Source: Candidatus Magasanikiibacteriota bacterium
Lineage (GTDB): Bacteria > Patescibacteriota > Patescibacteriia > Magasanikbacterales > 2-02-FULL-50-9b
Direction: 5' to 3'
Length of the DNA: 64,000 nt
NCBI GenBank assembly: GCA_903893485.1
Contig: CAITMK010000012.1
Location: 18,708 to 82,707, forward strand
Positions 58,447 to 64,000 of the stretch are shown here, in pieces. Under the pieces are notes generated by a model. That model was not told the DNA's origin. It ran no database searches and saw only the letters and a list, made by a program, of their open reading frames with translations. Position 1 is the stretch's first letter, and each line of letters begins with the position of its first letter. The translations under genes and the position numbers were made by a program.

Positions 58447-58514
58447 TTTGTTTAAGGCTGGGATTCGAAGGGTTGTCGCGCCTCCGCGCGAAGCGAATCC
58501 CAGCAACCACAAAA

Positions 58515-59186
58515 TTATTTAACCCCTCTAACTACAAACGATTGCAACAGCTGCTCAAACATCATTTGGGTTGCCGTATCATCGGATCCAGAATAATTTT
58601 CTGTAATCAGAATCGCGTGATCTTTATTTGGAGTGATATAAACGCTCACACGTGCGCCATAGATATCATCTGTATTGTATCGAATACCAGGGGCCGCTAC
58701 ATCGAGATTGGATTTTATCGTTGGCGCCACTTCAGATTTACCCGTCATTAAATTGTACGATGAAATATCTGAATTTTTTTGGGCCCATGTAAGTGCATCG
58801 TACGCATCCGGATTGCCATATACGGTAAACGTTATAAATGGCGGAGGAGTTTCACCTTCAAAAACGCCAAGCAGTGTTTCGTATGTTTTTTCTGGATATA
58901 CAGTCATGCCGGTTTCGTAATGATTCTTTTTGTAGTTTTCGTCAAAGGATTGCGCAGCTGCAACAAGTCCTTGCGGCATTAAAAAATATCCGGAAAGCCC
59001 CAAACCAATTTTAGTAGGCTGCGGCGCTGGCACCGGTGCAATATTTGAAGGCCCTGGCTGTACAATAGTTGAAGGTGGTACCGCAACAGGCTCGGCAACT
59101 GGTCGAACGGGTTGAGCTAAATCTGGCGCACACCCAGCACCCGCAAGTATTAATACCAGAGGAATCGCAAAATAGGAAAGTTTCAT
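58515..59186 (-). CDS. Hypothetical lipoprotein
   Basis: LILAGAGC lipobox and Pro-rich linker. Confidence 0.8.
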   Translation of the reverse strand: MKLSYFAIPLVLILAGAGCAPDLAQPVRPVAEPVAVPPSTIVQPGPSNIAPVPAPQPTKIGLGLSGYFLMPQGLVAAAQSFDENYKKNHYETGMTVYPEKTYETLLGVFEGETPPPFITFTVYGNPDAYDALTWAQKNSDISSYNLMTGKSEVAPTIKSNLDVAAPGIRYNTDDIYGARVSVYITPNKDHAILITENYSGSDDTATQMMFEQLLQSFVVRGVK

Positions 59187-59266
59187 AGATTTTTTTAAGG
59201 AATTTATAGTATAGCATCGCGGGTTGCATCATCCAACAAAAAAAGCTAGAATACATTCATATTTGT

Positions 59267-60283
59267 ATGAAAGAAATCCTTGAAGACCTTCTTACCCGCG
59301 CTACCGCAGCAGTCGCTGCGACCACAACATTAGACGAACTTGAAGCGGTTGATACCGCATTTTTAGGTCGCAAACAAGGCGAGCTCACGAATATTTTGCG
59401 TGGGGTGAAGGATTTGTCCGTCGAGGAAAAACGCATAGCTGGTAGCCGCGCAAATGAAATTAAAATCGAGTTGGAAACTGCGCTCGCGGCACGTCGCGAA
59501 TTATTGCAGGAGCAATCCGAGGACACAACATTTGATATTTCAGAACCAGTTTTACCACGTGCATCGCATGGCACGCTTCATCCGATTACACAGATTTCAG
59601 AAATTTTGGAAAAGTTTTTTGCCGGCCTTGGATTCACGACATTGTCAGGTCCAGAACTTGAACATGATTATTTTAATTTTGAAGCGCTGCACATTGCGCC
59701 AGATCATCCAGCGCGCGACATGCAAGATACATTTTATATTAAGGATCATCCAGAGTGGCTCATGCGTACACACACGTCATCCATGCAGGTGCGTGCGCTT
59801 CGCGAATATGGTGCGCCGCTCGCTGCAATAATGCCAGGCCGCTGCTATCGCAACGAAGCAACGGATGTTCGCCACGAACACACCTTTCATCAGATGGATG
59901 GTTTTATGGTGGGTCCAAAAATTTCTTTTGCCGAACTTAAAGGCGTATTACTTGCTCTTGCGCAACATCTGTACGGTCCTGATACCGAAGTTCGTCTTCG
60001 CCCAAAGTTTTATCCATTCGTTGAGCCTGGTGTGAACGGCGAGGTGACGTGCGTATTTTGTAAAGGCAAGGGCTGCAAACTCTGCAAGCACACTGGTTTT
60101 TTGGAAGTCTTTGGTGCAGGCATGATCCATCCAGAAGTTTTGCGCGCTGCAAATTTAAATCCCGAAGAATTTTCTGGTTTTGCATTTGGGCTTGGTCTTA
60201 CACGGCTCGCGATGCTTAAATACGGGGTGAGCGATGTGCGCCTTCTGCAAAATTCCAGCGTAAATTTCCTTGAACAATTTTGA
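59267..60283 (+). CDS. pheS: Phenylalanine--tRNA ligase alpha subunit
   Basis: HPARDMQDTFY, RTHTS, FYPFVEPG, GFAFGLG. Confidence 0.98.
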   Translation: MKEILEDLLTRATAAVAATTTLDELEAVDTAFLGRKQGELTNILRGVKDLSVEEKRIAGSRANEIKIELETALAARRELLQEQSEDTTFDISEPVLPRASHGTLHPITQISEILEKFFAGLGFTTLSGPELEHDYFNFEALHIAPDHPARDMQDTFYIKDHPEWLMRTHTSSMQVRALREYGAPLAAIMPGRCYRNEATDVRHEHTFHQMDGFMVGPKISFAELKGVLLALAQHLYGPDTEVRLRPKFYPFVEPGVNGEVTCVFCKGKGCKLCKHTGFLEVFGAGMIHPEVLRAANLNPEEFSGFAFGLGLTRLAMLKYGVSDVRLLQNSSVNFLEQF

Positions 60284-60284
60284 T

Positions 60285-62735
60285 ATGTTAATTTCCAAAG
60301 AATGGCTTTCTGAATACGTCGCATTGCCCGCCGAAATTTCCGCGGCAGAATTAGCATTTCGATTTTCTTTGGCCACTGCCGAAATCGAAGGTGTGGTTGA
60401 TGCGGGTGCTGCATTTGAAAATATTGTTGTCGGCGTTATCGAATCCGTTGGCCCGCATCCAGGCGCTGATAAATTACGCATTTGCAAAGTTGATGTTGGC
60501 ATGGATACGCCGGTACAAATTGTATGCGGCGGATCAAATTTGGTGCCGGAACAAAAAGTTGTTGTCGCGCTTCCGGGCGCACGCGTGCGCTGGCACGGGG
60601 AAGGTAATTTAGTCACACTCGAAAAAACAAAAATTCGCGGCGAGGAAAGTATCGGTATGATTTGTGGCGCAGATGAAGTCGGTCTCTCGTCAGAATTTCC
60701 ATCCAGCGGCGAAAAAGAAATTGTCGATTGTTCATCATGGAACGTGCCAGCGGGTACGCCACTTGCCGAAGCGCTTGGCCGCACCGGTGTGGTTTTTGAA
60801 ATCGATAATAAATCACTTTCAAACCGCCCAGATTTATGGGGCCATATTGGTGTTGCGCGCGAATTTGCTGCACTGCTTAAAACCTTTACCATGTTACCGC
60901 AGCCTCCAGTACTTGCGGCGGGCGATTCAATTTATTTAGACGTGACTGTTGCAGATTCGGTGCGCGTACCACGATATACCGCAGCGGTAGTAACCGGTGT
61001 TGCCGCGCTTCCGGCAGCAGATTTTATTCAAAAACGTTTGACCGCTTGTGGCGTCGCCTGCGTGAATGCTATTGTTGATACACTGAATTACGTCATGCTC
61101 GAAACCGGTCAACCTATGCACGCATTTGATTACGACAACGTAAAAAATGCGGATGGATCAGTAACGCTCGAGGTTCGCCCGCATGGCAGCGACGGAAAAT
61201 TCACGACATTTGCAGGCACACAAATTGCGCCGGCAGCAGATGCGCTCATGATTACAAATCCTGCGGGGCCGCTTGTGGTTGCGGGTATTATTGGTGGCGC
61301 CGCATCGGGCGTGAATGCACAAACGCACACCGTTGTTTTGGAATCCGCTGTTTTTAATGCGCAGCAAATTCGTCGCACTTCAAATGCGCTTGGTATTCGT
61401 ACCGAAAGTTCAACGCGTTTTGAAAAGGGATTAGATCCAGCAGGCGCATCATTTGCATTGGCACGCGCCATTGAATTACTCCAAAAACAATTTCCAAATT
61501 TGCAGGTCGCAAGTAATTTAGTTGATTTGCAAACAACGGCTGCTCACGAACGTGTACTCAGTGTTTCAGAAGAGTATATTCACAACATGCTTGGTATTTC
61601 ATTACCAACAGAAGTCGTGCTGCACATTTTAAATAGTTTAGGTTTTGGTGTGGCACACGAAGGCACGGCATATATTATTACCGTGCCAAGTTTCCGTGCG
61701 AAAGATATTGTGGGGCCTGAAGATATTGTAGAGGAATTGGTGCGCCTCTATGGTTATGAGCATATTCCGGCTCGCTTGCCGCATATCACGGGTCGCGTAA
61801 TCGAACCAAATGGCGCGGATATTTTGGGCAAAAAAATAAAATTGCATACCGCACTTGCATCGCGTTTTCACGAAATAAATTGTTACGCATTTATTCGCGG
61901 TGAGTCTGCAGCGGCGCTTGGTTTGCAGTCAGAAAATTTATTGCAGCTTGCAAATCCACTTTCAACCGAACGTCCATTTATTACGCCAATGTTGAAAATT
62001 AATTTAATGGAATCAGCGAGCGCCGCGGAGCACACGCGCGATACCGTTGCACTGTTTGAAATCGCACGCGTATTTGCGCCACACACGGCCGCGCCATTTA
62101 TTGGCGGCGAAGTTGCAAAATCGATTCCGATGCAGCCACTGCACGCGGGATTTATTTTTGCTGATCGCGCGCAGAAAAATTCTTTCGGCGTTTTGCGCGA
62201 TGTAATTTTTGCAGCCGCGCACAGTGCTGGCTATACACTTACGCTGCGCACACCGGACGCACCATATAACTGGCACAAAAAACAGGTAAGCGCGAATATT
62301 TTTTGTGGTACCCAGCATGTTGGATCCATTGGTGCTGCAAATAGCCGCACGGCGCGCGCTTTTGGATTCGTCTACGAAACAATTGTTGCTGAAATTGATT
62401 TGGAATTATTAGCGGCATGTCCTGCTACGCCACGCGTTTTGGCCGAAGTAAATAATTTCCCCATGTCAGTTCGTGATATTGCATGTGTCGTAGATGAAAA
62501 AATAAAATATGAACAACTTGCCGCAGCTGCACGCACTGCCGCGCCAGAAGTTGTATTAGTTGAAGCAGTAGATTTATATCGCAGCGCTACAACGGTTGGT
62601 GAAAATAAAAAAAGTATCGCCATTCGCGTGGGATACCAAAGTGAAACGCACACACTTACGAGTGAAGAAATCGAAACCGCTCATGCAAAAGTTTTGGGAG
62701 CGCTGCAAACAAATGTTCAGGCGCAGATTCGATAA
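60285..62735 (+). CDS. pheT: Phenylalanine--tRNA ligase beta subunit
   Basis: HPGADKL, NRPDLW, GQPMHAFD, RFEKG, EELVRLYGY, RDIA. Confidence 0.97.
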   Translation: MLISKEWLSEYVALPAEISAAELAFRFSLATAEIEGVVDAGAAFENIVVGVIESVGPHPGADKLRICKVDVGMDTPVQIVCGGSNLVPEQKVVVALPGARVRWHGEGNLVTLEKTKIRGEESIGMICGADEVGLSSEFPSSGEKEIVDCSSWNVPAGTPLAEALGRTGVVFEIDNKSLSNRPDLWGHIGVAREFAALLKTFTMLPQPPVLAAGDSIYLDVTVADSVRVPRYTAAVVTGVAALPAADFIQKRLTACGVACVNAIVDTLNYVMLETGQPMHAFDYDNVKNADGSVTLEVRPHGSDGKFTTFAGTQIAPAADALMITNPAGPLVVAGIIGGAASGVNAQTHTVVLESAVFNAQQIRRTSNALGIRTESSTRFEKGLDPAGASFALARAIELLQKQFPNLQVASNLVDLQTTAAHERVLSVSEEYIHNMLGISLPTEVVLHILNSLGFGVAHEGTAYIITVPSFRAKDIVGPEDIVEELVRLYGYEHIPARLPHITGRVIEPNGADILGKKIKLHTALASRFHEINCYAFIRGESAAALGLQSENLLQLANPLSTERPFITPMLKINLMESASAAEHTRDTVALFEIARVFAPHTAAPFIGGEVAKSIPMQPLHAGFIFADRAQKNSFGVLRDVIFAAAHSAGYTLTLRTPDAPYNWHKKQVSANIFCGTQHVGSIGAANSRTARAFGFVYETIVAEIDLELLAACPATPRVLAEVNNFPMSVRDIACVVDEKIKYEQLAAAARTAAPEVVLVEAVDLYRSATTVGENKKSIAIRVGYQSETHTLTSEEIETAHAKVLGALQTNVQAQIR

Positions 62736-63878
62736 TTATCCGCGCATTCTTGCACGCAAAACATTTGTAACTTTTTGTACCGCGTCGCCAAGTGAATAGC
62801 CGGGCATTGGAGAAACCATGCGGCTCGCGCTGCCACTGCCACCTGAAAAACCAGATGAAAGCCCTGCTGCATTGTAGGGCTTTTGAGTATCAATCAAAAC
62901 ACGCACCTCATGTGGCGCAACAGGCGATTCATAAACCAACGCAAAAACTTTGGCATGAGGCGCAGTAGAAATTAATTCTTCAACCAGCGCATCCATCGCG
63001 TGCTCACCGGCGCCGGCGCGCGCAAAATCTTCACGTGTCAAAGTACTCCACAGTAAAGGCTGTTGTGGGTCGGATTGTAAATTCGTGAGCGCGGCACCCC
63101 ATAATTTTAATGTTGCAACGCTGCGCTGACGATATAGTGCATGTACAATTTTTTCACGATCAGCGCCGGAGCCAATAAGCGCGCTTGCAGTTTGTAAAGT
63201 CCGCGCATTTACATTTGCTGTTTTAAAACTTTGTGTTGCCGCGATCATGCCGGTTAAAAGTAAATTTGCAATTGGGCCGGTCATAGTTGCGCCCGCTTCG
63301 GTCAAAAAATCATTAACCACTTCACATACACTGGTGGCGGTGATGCGCACATAATTTACATGCCCAAAAAATTCATGGGCCGGATCAGAGTTGATTGCTA
63401 AAATTGGCGCAGTATTAAAAAGTGCCGTGTTGCCCATGTACACACTACCAAGCGATGCCAAATCCGGTGCGCCAACTGCAATAATTGCATCATAGCGGAA
63501 TGCCGACGAAATGGTAGTAAGACCAGCCGGATCAATCACCCCATGCTGCGGCGTTACATATACGGTGAGCTGGCCGTTGTGATATTCGTGGCGCACGTGG
63601 CCTAAATTTTCCTCGCCAAGGGGCAGGGAAATCATGAATTCGTGCAAATTGCCGATTGCGCCTTTGACACTGGCGATTTCAGGCAAAAAGCTAAGATTCT
63701 CTGGGGCACTAAAGCTGGTGCTGACCACATCTACCGTTTTGCCCAGTTGCTTAATGTAGGCACCAACCGCCAAAGCAGCAGAAATCTGGTCAACCGTGGG
63801 ATTTTTTCGGGTCACCACAAGCACCGCATGGGCGGCGTCGATTTGCTGCTTTAATTGCTCGTGGGGCAGAAGGGCCAT
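62736..63878 (-). CDS. DHH-family (NrnA-like) protein with degenerate catalytic motifs
   Basis: Overall DHH layout (ATSVCE, ANLLLTGMIAATQSF, LKLWGAAL), but NPTVD and INSD replace the NPDxD and IDHH motifs. Confidence 0.75.
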   Translation of the reverse strand: MALLPHEQLKQQIDAAHAVLVVTRKNPTVDQISAALAVGAYIKQLGKTVDVVSTSFSAPENLSFLPEIASVKGAIGNLHEFMISLPLGEENLGHVRHEYHNGQLTVYVTPQHGVIDPAGLTTISSAFRYDAIIAVGAPDLASLGSVYMGNTALFNTAPILAINSDPAHEFFGHVNYVRITATSVCEVVNDFLTEAGATMTGPIANLLLTGMIAATQSFKTANVNARTLQTASALIGSGADREKIVHALYRQRSVATLKLWGAALTNLQSDPQQPLLWSTLTREDFARAGAGEHAMDALVEELISTAPHAKVFALVYESPVAPHEVRVLIDTQKPYNAAGLSSGFSGGSGSASRMVSPMPGYSLGDAVQKVTNVLRARMRG

Positions 63879-63928
63879 AATTTGGGTGATAGAGCATCTT
63901 ACCGAAATCGCTTAGATTGGTCAAGGGA

Positions 63929-63957
63929 TTGACAAAATGAGCAAAAATCGATACAGT
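63929..63957 (+). promoter_or_regulatory. Sigma70-type promoter of a unit running off the window end
   Basis: TTGACA-17-TACAGT, followed by a leader containing CGGGAGG. Confidence 0.6.
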
Positions 63958-64000
63958 TCCGGCCGTCAGAGCAGTTAACTCGGGAGGCGAGCTGCAAAAA

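Noticed and set aside
1-64000. CRISPR array, prophage, IS element or integron
   Set aside because: No regularly spaced repeats, phage genes, transposase or tyrosine recombinase were seen, and the orphan-gene hairpins lack clear attC RYYYAAC/GTTRRRY ends.

Overview
A 64-kb chromosomal segment of a Patescibacteria (CPR, probably Parcubacteria/ABY1-like) genome. The assignment is inferred from the gene set, the scattered housekeeping genes, the GAGC lipobox, and the DUF4012 and pilin-domain proteins. Housekeeping content: the 3' part of rpoC, yebC, ruvC, murI, lexA with a RecD/Dda-like helicase, a TM0106-like nuclease, pfkB-fba, rpiB-rpe-trxB-tkt, pepA, ruvA, femX-like, a GT4/sugar-transferase cluster, rnpB, trpS, rnj, secG, uvrA, rluA, gmk, rplS, cca, pheST and three tRNAs (Arg-CCG, Leu-CAG and an unusual Ile-UAU). 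I saw no integrase, transposase or CRISPR array. Main unexplained signals: (1) Two classes of gene architecture. Many housekeeping genes have a -10 box only 6-11 nt before the ATG and no Shine-Dalgarno. In contrast, at least 7 GC-richer orphan genes are stand-alone units with a -35/-10 promoter, a leader with GGAGG and a long 3' hairpin, and one of them is a tandem paralog of a leaderless gene. (2) A ~480-nt highly structured putative ncRNA with its own promoter and terminator. (3) Two inverted, covarying copies of a ~140-150-nt structured element between rnj and tRNA-Leu. (4) Orphan genes bracketed by duplicated terminators or promoters. All calls were made by eye from the sequence; no database searches were run.
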